From the NCBI GenBank assembly GCA_964276515.1, contig OZ193909.1, forward strand, positions 7,626,001 through 7,690,000: 64,000 nt of DNA. Direction: 5' to 3'. Below the pieces are notes generated by a model that saw only the letters and a list, made by a program, of their open reading frames with translations, was not told the origin of the DNA and searched no databases. Every line of letters starts with the position of its first letter. Position 1 is the first letter of the stretch. Shown here piece after piece: positions 46,501 through 59,200 of this stretch. Origin of the DNA: Gordius albopunctatus. Its lineage: Eukaryota. The translations under genes were made by a program, and so were the position numbers.

Positions 46501-49500
46501 AAAAATAAGGATTATATTGACATTTATAATTCGATATCTATAATACCTAATTTGGTAATAAAGTGCCATTATGTTAAAGGTCCTGATTGTCAACTGGAAG
46601 ACCTCGTGGTTAAGGGGAGTCTTTATGATTACGTTAAACGCTATAACTCACCCGGAGAAATGGATGCAGATGGTACATTATATTTTCTATTTAAATTTCA
46701 ATATTATTGAATACGCTCTTTATTATAAACTAACTATTCAATCTACCATTTATTATACATCAACTATTCGATGTACAATTTATTATAAAAACGTTAGGAA
46801 AATAAAATAATTAATGATATGAGGTCCTTTGTCTCCACATGTTCGCATATTATTGCAATTAATAACGCAATTTAACCTATAAATTTTGTAACAATGTTAG
46901 CGCCACGCTATAACTCTACCGCCTTATGTGACAATGTGCTATAGCTTTAGCACCTCCGTGTGACTATGTGCTATAGCTCTAGCGCCTCCAATTGACTATG
47001 TGCTATAGCTTTAGCGCCTATCAAACGCTATTTCACCATCACCAGTATATGATATAGTGTCTCTTCAGCCAATTGTTCTCTTCACTTGTGTCCTTTACGT
47101 TAATATTCTTTCTTAGATTTCCTTTGTCCACCGCTTATTATCGTCTAGGATTTGCTATTTATCCTTCGCTTTTGGTTGCTAGTCTTCAACGTCTCTCTTC
47201 CCAACTGGCATATATATGACAAATATAAGCTTAAAAATGCTTTCTCTTGTGAAGTTCGGCAACTTGTCACTCAATTTAATTTTAATCGATCTATGTTGAG
47301 TTGTTATTTGTTATAAATATATTAAATTTTGCTTTGCCTAAATAAATGGCTATTAATGATAATTTAATCGGCTATCATTAGCGCCCACATTTGTTTTAAC
47401 GGAGCTGGGTAAAGGAGTAGCCGGGTACCCCTTAAATCCCAGGTACGGCAAAATGTTGCATCTCCTAACAACGCAACCCAACCAAACCCTGCTCACTGCA
47501 AATCAACATGTAACCTGTTTCGGGCCCGATCTTTTGCCCTACGCCACGGCTATAATCGCCGGTATTTCGGTTCGAGAATTATTTCTAGGCTGCGACGAGA
47601 CTCTATACTCCCCCCAAGGAACTCCCCTTCCCGGCCTAGAACGAGCTCGGATTGTTGCTAAAGCCTGGGCCAGTTCGAACTCAATTCGACCCGGTCCTTG
47701 TCCTTTGGGTGATTTAATGGTTTTACTCAGGGCAATCGGTGGTAGCGATTACGCTGCAAAATCTCAGTCCGGCCAACAAGAAGGTTCGATCGATTTGGAA
47801 TCTTTTTGTAGTAAGTATGGGTTGAGGCAAAAAGCTATCGTAGAAATTGGAAAAATCAGAGCCCAGCTCCATTCATCCTTGTCCCGTAACCCGAATTCAC
47901 ACCAAAGCTCGCATCTCTTAGATGACGAAGAGGAGGAAAGGCATGCTTCGCTCTCTGCCGTTGCCTCTAATAATAACCCTTTAATGCCACCCAACGATCA
48001 ACAAATTAACGCGCTTCGTAGGTTAGTTCTAGCCGGGGCCGGATTTAACATAGCCAAACGAATCGACCCACAACCACAAGAAGGCGTTGAGGGGGCATGC
48101 ACCAAAGCTGTCGCTGGAAAAATGTCCAAAAGACGTAAAAAGCTTTTTCTAAATTAGATGATGTGTTGTGCAGAGCACGGCGTTCGATAGTTTTTAAATC
48201 TTTTAACGTTAACAATTTTGTGGTAAATAAACTTGAAAGCTCAATTTAAGAGGCGTGTTAGTTTGACTAGGGTTGTTTAAAACGTTTCATTAGGTAGAGC
48301 AAACTTAAATAAACGCCTGAAATCTTTTATTCCTAAAACTTTACTTTATTGTATGATTTTATAATTACTATAATAAATATTTAATCAATTAAAGGCGGCC
48401 TTGATTTGAGACCAATTAATCTACCTAAAAATGTGCAAGTGTTAGTTTTACCTGCTATTATTTAATACATAGTCGTTGGTACTTATTTCATGTATTCACG
48501 CAAATAACTATTTTTACATTATCTACCGCATTAGCTTACTATCAATGCCTCTACGACGTGCTTCCAGAGACGTTGTCTGACGCTCCCTCTAATGCCGACC
48601 CGATACGGGCTTACATTCATCCTAGCTCGGTATTAGCGGATCAGCACGCACTACCCGAATACATCGTTTATCAGGATAGTTACCTAGTTCTACCCCGCGC
48701 AGCTCCTTCTTCACAGGCCTCGGAAAGCAGCGCGACTAAAATATACCTCAGAACTGTGACAGATGTAGAGCCGAAATGGTTTCCCCTTTACTATCCCTCC
48801 CTGTGTCGATACGACGTTAGCGCTCTGAGCACCGGTGCCACGCTTGTGGAAGGTGAGTTTGGACACTATTGCGCCTAATCCTTTTTTGCCCCAAAAATAT
48901 TGCTGGAATTTTATTAATCGTGATTTTGGAGTTGGTTTTTATAGCCGGTTTCCGACCTGACGACAACCCTCCACTTTTTCCACACGGACTGGGGACCGTT
49001 AAAAAAGAAGTCTAATATTCAGTTTCGCCCTATAGAGTTTCAAAAAGGGCCAAAAACGGTCATTTTCCCAACTTTGAATCGAAATATTTCAAAAACCTGG
49101 CGTATAGGAAAACAACTAAAAACATATATGTTGACCGTTTCCGGTTGATTACACAAGACCATTATTTGTCGACTAGTGTTTTTCAACTTTCTTAACTTGA
49201 ACGCAAGTTTATAAGTGTAAAAAATATGCTAAAATTGTTTTTTGTATCTACTTAATAAGACACCACTATTTTGTTATGCGAATACAAGTATTTTGGTCGC
49301 TATACAGATTCGAAATCGCCCGGAGCTCCTTCAACAGGCAAAGCTTCTTCTTCTCTTCGCTCATTTTACGACGCCCGATCGGGCAGCGTGCAATGTCGAG
49401 CTCCTTGTAGTTTCGGGCCCCACGATTGGCCCATAGCACCCGTACCCATCGAGTTTCCACACTCCCTGGAAAAATTCAAGTTGTTCGCCACGTAATAAAC

Positions 49501-50045
49501 TTTAACTTTCGCCATTTATGCATTTTTATTGCACAGGAGTGGGGATGCAAATGTCTGTTTTGTACTTTTTTATGTTGATAAAGTAGCCACTATCCTTTGA
49601 TCATTGGTTAACTTTTGTGACTAACGTAAGTCTCTAATATTAAAACTTAGTAGTCTCAAAATATTCTCTCGCCCTGTAAAATTTTTGCCTACTTATTTCA
49701 TCCACATATAAATTTTGAAATATAACGTACGATTTTTAAAAATTTTAATCGTCTAGCTATTTTCTGGAGGGTAAGGTGTTTCCTGCTTTGCAAAAATACG
49801 CGAATCAACTTCTCCTTACACCGTCTACCATGACAAAATCCTGGGCCAAGCTTCAAAGCAAAACGCAATCCCTGCTTAAAGCCCTCATCAAACACGATGT
49901 GTGCTCACGCCCGGCTCTGACCCGAATTTGGGCCGACAAAAATCCAAATTATCTTCTCAAGGAATACCTAGAATGGTTACCCGAAAGTCTACACGGTCAA
50001 GTGGCACCCCTTTGGCCGCTGGATAGAAAACAACGTTGCAAATGA
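40532..50045 (+). CDS. DHX37: DEAH-box RNA helicase DHX37/kurz; exons about 40532-40891, 40931-41074, 41202-41498, 42041-42329, 43109-43223, 43668-43785, 44018-~44198, ~44723-45125, 45538-45776, 47382-48134, 48535-48852, 49308-49491, 49757-50045
   Basis: [75 protein letters not shown]-terminal [11 protein letters not shown]...[11 protein letters not shown]; the 44198/44723 junction is uncertain. Confidence 0.93.
42410..43010 (-). mobile_element. Degenerate RTE fragment (family of 6026-6495) interrupted by a MITE
   Basis: Minus strand matches tatactaag..tcgacca.atgac.aatgacttt...aaaatgggtattcaa.ctatggcgg and the gaagaggacg.cc.cgtgtcacg segment of the 6026 copy. Confidence 0.75.
42651..42855. 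mobile_element. 205-bp hAT-type MITE
   Basis: 14-bp TIR tagtgttgtaaaaa / tttttacaacacta; flanks gtatactc and ctatactt (6/8). Confidence 0.88.
46890..47030. repeat. ~31-bp minisatellite (gtgactatgtgctatagctttagcgcctcc), 3-4 copies, in a DHX37 intron
   Basis: Seen directly. Confidence 0.8.
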
Positions 50046-50172
50046 AAAGGCCTATGGACTTTTTAGTTTTTATTTAATGATAATTGTATCGTTGTTAATA
50101 AAGAGTAATGATGCCAGTTTGTGTGAAATTATATGGGAATGTTATAAAGTTTGTTTTTGTTGCTAGCGTCAA

Positions 50173-52784
50173 CTATAATTCGTTGCGGGTCTTGAGTTTT
50201 GCTTTCTATAAACAGATTAATATAGATTAAAATAATGATTATTGCGGTCCAATTAAAATTGCTTTACTTTTATGAAAGAAACTTAAAAGATTAATTTTTT
50301 AATCATAAGCATCAATTTACAAGTCTCATACTTTAGATTTAGTTGCTTTGTGGTCGCTTATAAAATTGCAAGCATCTCGTAATGGTTCGGAGCCTAGAAA
50401 GTAATTTATTAAGCAAAGTGATTTTATTTAATACCGTAACACAGCCAACTTTTGAGATCCGACGATTTGTATCTCTCATAAATTTCTTCTTCATCTAACT
50501 CCCCCACCATGGTTTTGCACATAGATTGTATCCTATAATAGCATTAAAACAATGTAATTTTGTTTAATTTCAGCATTGTTAACATGAACCTTTATTAGCT
50601 TTTTAGGGTATAAATAGTAAAGTATTGAGGATAGATACTCAACTTTATAAAACAATTTTTGTTAATATAAGTCTATACAACTTTAACTAATAATAATTAT
50701 AGAATTTAAAAAAAATGGCGAGTTGTAATTTCTTGTTATTTATCAGGATGGAAAGTTTAATTTAGTTATATAATTATATGCCTAAAACGCTTTTTCATCA
50801 AGAGATGACCACATTCAATTCCTTTGATTTTATTTAGGCAATTTATTTTATGGTTTAAACATATTTATTTTAAAAAAATATAACTAACCTATTGTCAAAT
50901 ATAATTTTACCCTACCCAAATTATTGTTTGGGCATATCGTTAAGCTGGACTTAGTTTTTTATTTTTAAGGCCCAGAAACTAAATTTTCACTATATGGAAG
51001 AATGTTAACTGGACCTTATGAGTTTATTATAAAAAGTTTGAGTAGTTTAAAATTTATTTTTTGGCTTGGGTTTCTATAAATTTTATTTAGTTAAAGGCGG
51101 GTTACTACTCGATTAACAGAAAATTGACCTAAGGATATGTAAAAAGATTTGATGATGCTAAATATAAATTTTCACATAATTGGGCGTAATTAATTAAAAT
51201 TTGAGTAATAACGCTTTTATTTAAAGTTGTTATTAATACGAAGTTCCATAATATTTTTAAAGACTTGTTCACAAGTGAAAATGGATGATGACATGTGCAA
51301 ATAATAATTAAAACCTAATCAACTATTATATCAGAGAAAATGGGAAAAACCTTCTAGGCCACCGTCCTCCGCCTTGCATCATTCCGGCCTCTTTTTGCGC
51401 CTCTGGGATCGCCGGTCCTGACATCCGTTTGACACCATTGATTTCTTTAATACCATATCTAGAAATAATCTAGTACAATGTACCACAATGCTAATATGTT
51501 AATTATTAATATGTGATCTAGAATGATACCAAAAAATTTAAATAATTACACAGTGTTAATAAACGTTTTATATGTTATTTTATCAAATTTATCACCATTC
51601 ATGATTAATAGTAATGGAGGTGATTTGTATTTTCTTATAAAAATTATACATTTTTATCTCGTACTAAATTTTTAAAATATTATTAAAGCTTAACAAAAGA
51701 TGTTTAAGTTGTCCTGCCTGGTATGTTAAGGCTCTCTTGCTATAGATTTCTTAAAAACTATAAAAGTGAAACATTAAGATCAATTTAGGCTCACCAAACA
51801 TAAATATTTGATCGTTTCACTTATCTCTATTTTGAGCATAAAATGCTGATTTCTACAACGCGCGATAATTTATTTTGTGTATTGGATCATGGGCGAAGGG
51901 ATAATAATGATTTAGGGAAATGTTAGCTATAATTATATTAAATTCTAAAGAATTTTTAGATTTAGAGGGGAGCATCCCCCCTTCCCTGCGACGCCCATGA
52001 ATGCGACTATAACGATATAATAGGCTTTTCCTAATTTTAACATGTTAAGCGTATTGCAATTGATGGATTTAATTAAGTGATTAGCATACAATATGGGCAA
52101 GGCCGATCACATATATTTAGTATTAAATTGAGATTTCATAATTAATTTAAAGGTTTTTGTAAATTAATTGAGATAATTTACTCCTCGTAGCCATGGTTAC
52201 AAGCTAATTCGGTTAAAGTCAATATATCGGATGTCGGAATCATCTTTTTCATCGAGGGATGTTTTTTGTTAAACGTATCAAACACTTCGTTGAGCTAATA
52301 AAATTATATTTTCAATCAATAAATATTTAGCCATATAATACTGAAAAAATTCATAATTCATTTAAAAATGAAGATTTAAAAACATAAAATAATTTATGGT
52401 AGTAATCATAAAAAATGGATGTTTTAAATAATTATTAATTTATAATATAAAATATCTTTTCGCAACCAAAATAAGCTTATATTATTTGTTTGTACTTGAT
52501 AGGCAATGATGACGCAGCCGTCGCATTTAAGGGATGCAGGCATATGAATACTATGATATTCTTCGTCCGTCAAATTTGGTGCCTTAAACTTCATCTTTGT
52601 CAAACCGGGTGGAATTTCACTCATATTTGGTCCAAATCGATCCTAAGTGGTAGATAAATAATAAAATAATTGCTGATTACAATATCCTTACACTTTCTTC
52701 CTTATCTTCTACTAATTTGTAATCCTCTGCTCCACCAATGATTATCCCGTACGTAAAAAGTAGCACCGGAAGATATAGAATCAT
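50173..52784 (-). CDS. MZB1: MZB1/pERp1-like (canopy/saposin-fold) ER protein; exons 52784-52692, 52642-52496, 52294-52182, 51458-51351, 50532-50435, 50393-50332, 50205-50173
   Basis: Signal peptide MILYLPVLLFTYGIIIGG; EEYHSIHMPASLKCDGCVIIAYQ; YGIKEINGVKRMSGP; GGRWPRR; GELDEEEIYE; six Cys; C-terminal RNEL. These match human MZB1 motifs as recalled (HMPAHLRCDAC, YGVREVDQVKRLTGP, REEL). Confidence 0.88.
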
Positions 52785-53268
52785 AATCAGGGTGTAAGGT
52801 CAAATTTAAAATAGTTTTCTAGAACGAACGCTTAGGCGCTGTCGTTTTAAATAGATACAGCGCGTATATATTATTCATTTTTAAAGCTTATCAATTCTAA
52901 TACAATTTATTTTATAAACATTTCTAAAATGTTCTATAAAACTCAAATTTAATAGCAGTTTGAAAGTAAATATTAAAAATATTAATTTTTAGCGGTTTTA
53001 GTCAAAGACATTCGTAGATTAATAGCAAAAATATAGGCAAACATTGCATCGACATCTTCTTTCATTTTATTAATATACTCTTTAAGTTTTAACCTCTTAC
53101 GTCCTAATTTTGGTCGTCAAATGCCGGCATTTAGGCATTTATGCCTTAAAAACTGGCTATCCTTGATGTACGATTTTTATTGTTGAATTATATACACCAT
53201 CGGTTATCATATTTAGCATTCATTCTTTTATTTAAATTGTCGTTTAATAACAAATTATAAAATTCAAC

Positions 53269-56200
53269 TTATTCTAGCAATTTCGCCCCAACGGTTAGAC
53301 ACATATTCCCTAAAATAGCCAATGGCATGGGCTCCATTAATGAGGTCGATTTGATTGATTCCAGATCCAAAATTTCGCAATTTTCAATTTCCATATCATT
53401 CTGACTGTTATACCCTCCAACGATGTATACCTTTTTTTCTAATTAAAAATTAGGCAAATTAAATGTATAAAGAAAGCTTAATAAAAATCTTATAAAGTAT
53501 TAAAATAATATATGCAAATTATTGCTTCACCAAATGTAGAAAATTTTAGCAACATAACATAAGTGGTATATATATATATGCCCTTTGGTGCCCATCAACT
53601 CGCCGAAAAAAATTTTGCCGAATTCATTCTGGGACATTAACGAAAATCTCCCTATTATCATAAAGAAGCCCCTAAATTTAGTACCTTTTTTTAATAATTA
53701 TCAATTTTTTTATAAAAATTACCTAAATTTTAACTTTAATCCGAAAATTAATGATTAATATGCATAATTGTTGGAGGACATTTTCTAACTAGGGGACATT
53801 TTTTAACCTTGGGACATTCAATTCGGCAAGTTGACGGGCCACCATGCCCTTTAATATATTAATGACTGCCAATGCATTTTTATTACCGATGGCACAAGCT
53901 CCAAATCTCAATCTAGGAATTCTAAGGGTGCCAAATGTTTCCCATGCCCTCGATTCCTCATTGAAGTATTCTACCGAATTCAGACTTACGATGTTTTGTT
54001 TCATAAGAGCCGCACCTCCAATAACAAATAACTTCCCTGCACTGATCATCACATGATGCGATCTCGCATTTATTAACTTTGATCTATGGAACCATCTATT
54101 GTATTAATAAAATTAGTAACAACAGTTATTTTCGCAAAATTATGAAACAATTTTTATTTAAAAATTATTTAATAATAGTCCTTCTCCGACGGTTTAGATA
54201 AACTGTTGAATTTGTATTTTAATCTTAATTTATGATTCTCTATATTCAATATTATTTGAGTGGCGATCATATCACATTTTGATAATATAACTATCTATTT
54301 GATAATTTATCATAAGTAATGTCCTTGAATTAGAAAACTTTAAACGCCTATTAATATGTATTTTGCAAAAAAAATTGTTTATATTATTGTACCATGTGAA
54401 TGAAAAATTAAGGCGATGCTTCTTTATGTATATGTTAATTTATTTTACTTGTCACATAACTTTCTAACGAAAATTCTATGACTAGATTTCTTTGCCAGTT
54501 TTAATAATTGTTTTAACTATTCGTAATAAAGTCAATGATTTTCCCCATGCTGCCCTGCCTAAGTTAACACGCATTTGTGGCCTATCTTCAACGCAGGCTT
54601 TTGCTATCGTTACAGCTTTACATTACTAAATATAACTCAAAATATTACTAGCGTTTATATTTGCATTGGTGTACTTTTTGTGAGTTGGGTCAAACACTTC
54701 AACATTTTTTGTCATCTTTGCCTTATCGACCTTGTCTGTTTTAACGATGCCCCCAGAGATCCATATTAGATTATTGTGGACACAACTGGACAACGCCATC
54801 GTACCTTCGGGTATGCCAGATATTTCTTGCCACTCATTCGTTCTGGGATCGTAAACTTCCACCGAATCCATTTGGCTATTTCAAAGTTATTTTGCAAACC
54901 GCTTAGTAAGGTTAAAGAATATTATGCTTTTAAACAGGACTGCATCCAATAAAATTAAGTCAAATTTTTTAAAGCGTCAAATTTGTTTGGGTTTTGAGAA
55001 TTTTCCCATATAATTGTTAAAATTATTACTCAAACTCCGTTATATTTATAAAATCCTAAACGTCCAATTAATCTTGCGGCGTTATGGGCTATAGCTCGAC
55101 GTTATTAAATTAATAATGGAAGATTCATAATTGATCATGTTACAATAATACTTCGTAATGGATGGCAATTATGAAGAATTCAATGGCAAAATTACTTAGC
55201 TTCGGAATCACATCCACCGATCGCATAAACCTTCTTTTGAAATGCTACCAACTGAAAATCGGATCTTCCCTTGTTCATATTAGCTATTTTACTCCATTTC
55301 TGATGATGAAATTTGAAGGCTGAATCGGTTGTTTTGTTATCACTTCCCAATCCACCTCCAAAAACATTACATTTTATTTTACAATAAGACCTTCGAGAAA
55401 AGTCTCTTAAAATTCTAGTAATAAAGGTTGTATTCAAATAACTATTGCTCGCATTCATCAATGCATATCAATTATTTAATTCCAGCAAGGCTAATATTAT
55501 ATATCGTACTTCTTCTATAAATTATGGCTAAAATATTTGGTAATATAGCCGATATTAGAAAAACATAGTGCATGCTAGGTTCTATATGAAATCATGAATA
55601 CAGAGTTGTTAAGGATCGCGCACATCAAGAGCGCGCACCGGATTTGCGGTGCGACGTGCTGGTGCGCGCACTTTTTTATAACGAAGAGCGAGTGCGGGTG
55701 CGCGCACCTGATTAAGTCGGTGCGGGTGCGCAATTGCGCTCCTGTTTTGCGCACATTAAGAGTTTTACAATTTATTAATTAATTCGAAATTGTATTATAT
55801 CGCATATTTTACAAATTAAATTTCTACTGATTTACTATATATATAACATACATCTATGTTCCTGGTGGAGAAGATAACAGGGCGGGAAATTGGTTACTAT
55901 CGATAGTCAATAAAAATAATCTAACCGCGATATTTCAATTTCACATTATTCACGTATTTACTTTATAAATCAACGATTAATCTTTACACTTTTAAACCTA
56001 TCTTTGGTATCGTAAGTTTAATCACATATAATAATCTAATTACAATTAATTTTCATTAAAATATATTAAATTAGTTAATTAATTTTAATTAACAATTTAT
56101 ATTATTTATTGTATTGGTTATCATAGTACTCCTTATCCAATTTTTTACTCTTTTCTTTTCTCACTGCTTATATATAACACTTTAATATGATAGTGAGTTA

Positions 56201-59200
56201 TGGAAATAGAAGAACCAAGCATAAATATAGCAAGCACATCATGCATGACAATTTTGCCATTTCCGAAATATGCCTGTTTTTTTAAACTTAAAGATAATCA
56301 GCATAATACAGTTAATTTTGAGGTGCAATGTCTTTTATGCAATGCCAAACTCAAGACTTCTTCTAGATCTTGTTTCAATTTGACTAGGCATCTAAAGGTA
56401 ATCTTGTTACTTATTTTATAAAAAATTTATAGAGATTTCATAGGACCTCTTTAGAAAATATAAAATTGGACAAAAAGAAAAAGAAAGTCTTAGATAAATC
56501 TAACGAAAATATTGTAAACTTTACTAAAGATGTAAGTCGGAAAGAAGCCTTGGTGAATTATGTCATCAACACAATTCAGCCTCTTTCAATTAGAAAGCTA
56601 CTAAGTGCTTTCTCAAAATCTCCTGTTGATGTCATGTGTCGACAGACACTGACATCTAGAATCACTTGTAGGTTCAATAAGTTAATTGCTAAAATCAAAG
56701 AAATGCATAGTTCTGAGTTTATTTGTACAACAGCTGACTTCTGGAGCACTGGTAGAAGGTAATGATTTATAAAAAGTCTTTGGTGCTATCAAGATGAAAA
56801 CAAACCTATATTAAAAAGAATTATTCGATTAATTGAAAGTCAAATCACGCCAGGTGTGGAGGAAAAAGAAGTCTATGAACGAAAATACTTTGATGATTTT
56901 TTCGAAATAAATAATAAAGAACATAAAACAACTTTTCAGGATTTTCTCAAATCCACTGATACAACTTTGGATATATTCCAACAATTTCCTTCACTCAAGA
57001 ATTTGTTCATCAAATACAATACTCCTATACCTTCAAGTGCTCCTATAGAACGTATGTTCAGCAAAGCCAAGGCAATATTAAGTGAAAGAAGGGGTAACTT
57101 GACGGATAATCACTTGAAATGCTTTTACTCATGAATGTGAATAAAATGCTATGTTGATTATTTTATTGTATATCGATTATTTTTATAATTATAATAAATT
57201 CATTAGTTTTTTGCATTAGACAAAATAAAGGTTATGCATTGAACATTGCTCTATATTTTGTTTTGTTATAGTGCAATAAAATTTTATGTGCGGGTGCGAG
57301 TGCGCGCACCTTTGTTAAAACTGGTGCGAGTGCCCGCACCGGATTTTCCTCAATGTGCGAGTGCGCGCACCGGTTTTTGAGGTGCGTTTAACAACTCTGT
57401 GAATAAGCAATCCTTAATTCTATATTAATAAGATGACTTGAAACTAAATTTGTAAACTTGAAAATTATGCGATGTTACTAGGTTGGTTTGTTTTTAGGAA
57501 ATAGTCTAAAAGAGGTCGTCGGTTTGTATAAATTAACATATAAAGCCCTATAATTCCATGTATAAGATCGGTGGGATTGGATTTATAAAATAGTTAGAGC
57601 GATATGGCACGCGATATTTCAAGCAATCATAGCCCATCATCAGGAAAAAAAGTGGAGAAAAAATCACGAAAAAAGTGAAGTAAAGTTAGTTAGTGGGTAT
57701 GATAAACAATAGCTATAATTACTAGAAATCCCTTTACCAATTTTATCAATCCAATACCACCGATTTTATACAAGTAATTATATCACAATGGATTGAAAGT
57801 ACTTAATAATAAATAGGACCCTTTATAGTTGCAGTATATATAAGACATACATTTTTTGATATATAGCAACATGGATTGTACGGTTTTAAAAAAAATCCTA
57901 TAAAATAAATAAATAAAATTTTAATTACGGTATAAGTTAAAAAGTAGACATTTTACTAACCAGCTATGTAAATAACGTTTTCCATTATACAAGCTCCGTG
58001 GTGGCTCATAGGATATGGGAGGTCATGATTAAATTTCGACCAAGAGTTTGCTATTGGATTGTAGGAGTAACAATTTTTCTTCAAATCTATATCCGCTTTT
58101 TTGCTCGAATTCACTCCACCCAAGCTTAATATATATTGCTTAGCAGGAGCCTATATTAAAAATATTAAATCTACTCAGATCAGATCTAAAACTTTATTTT
58201 GCCTATAAGTATGTTCTTCTGATATTTATGAAATTATATATATGTAAAACGCGATGGTAAAAACCCGAGGTAAGCTTTTCCCCAATTTTTAGGCCCCAAA
58301 CTGGTACAGCCCGCTCGCCCCCTCCTTAAACATCTTAGATGTCCGTCTGGCAATGCCCGGCTTAATAAAGCTGCCCGACTTGTGCAGTCGAAAATATTTT
58401 ATTAGCCCATCACGCTCAAATCAATTGGGGCCCCAATAAATATTAACTAAATATTTGGAAATAAGCTTATTAAAAGAGAATCAGCGATGTTATATTTTTT
58501 TGTAGCTAATATTAAGAAATAATAAGTGGGAATATTCTGGGAATAATCGTGTGCCCCTTTCGTTAATCAGTCATTAAATGGCCTATTATTGCAAAATATT
58601 AAGGCCATTTTTATAAGTAATCTCACTTATTGCACGGAAAAAAGGTTGTCGAGTATGGATGCCTATTTATATGAGAAAATCTTCTCATTGGATTCGTCTT
58701 CTAAAATAATATGCCATTTTTGTAGAATATAAAACCAGAATATACTCCGACGTTATTAACAATTATTTTTATAGATCGCCAAACAGCACTTTTTGGATCT
58801 TAAACAGAGATCAAAAAAGCCCGGGCCGGGCGACTGTCTTAAATTTTTTTTTGTTTGGGCGGGCTGGGCGGGTACACTGATAAGACACAGGCAATTCGGG
58901 CATAATTAAATTAAAAACATAGTATTATTTTGTACCTTTTATACGATTTTATATCGAGAATGCTTAAAATGTTAAAACAATATAATTTTGCCACCCTTCC
59001 CAACTTTTTTTTCTTTGCTCATCAATTACAGCTTTACCTTTTCATTGCATAAAGTGCCAAAATTGTTGTTTCTTTTAACCTAATTTCTCTTTATAAAATA
59101 AAGGTTTAGGCACTGCTAGGTTTTGGTTTCTAAGCCTTTCAAAAAAATGAAAGGCTTAATTGTTGGGCCACTCAAAGCCAACCCATCGTTTGCCCCTCCT

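Noticed and set aside
46486..46710. Possible nested gene exon in a DHX37 intron
   Set aside because: No recognisable domain or partner exons; DHX37 splices in frame without it.
52784..53269. Operon/trans-splicing between the kelch gene and the MZB1-like gene (~485 bp apart, same strand)
   Set aside because: No unpaired splice acceptor close to the MZB1-like ATG; close spacing alone is insufficient.
58627..58699. Possible extra kelch-gene exon
   Set aside because: Its splice phases do not fit the flanking exons; 61277-61145 joins 58150 directly in phase.
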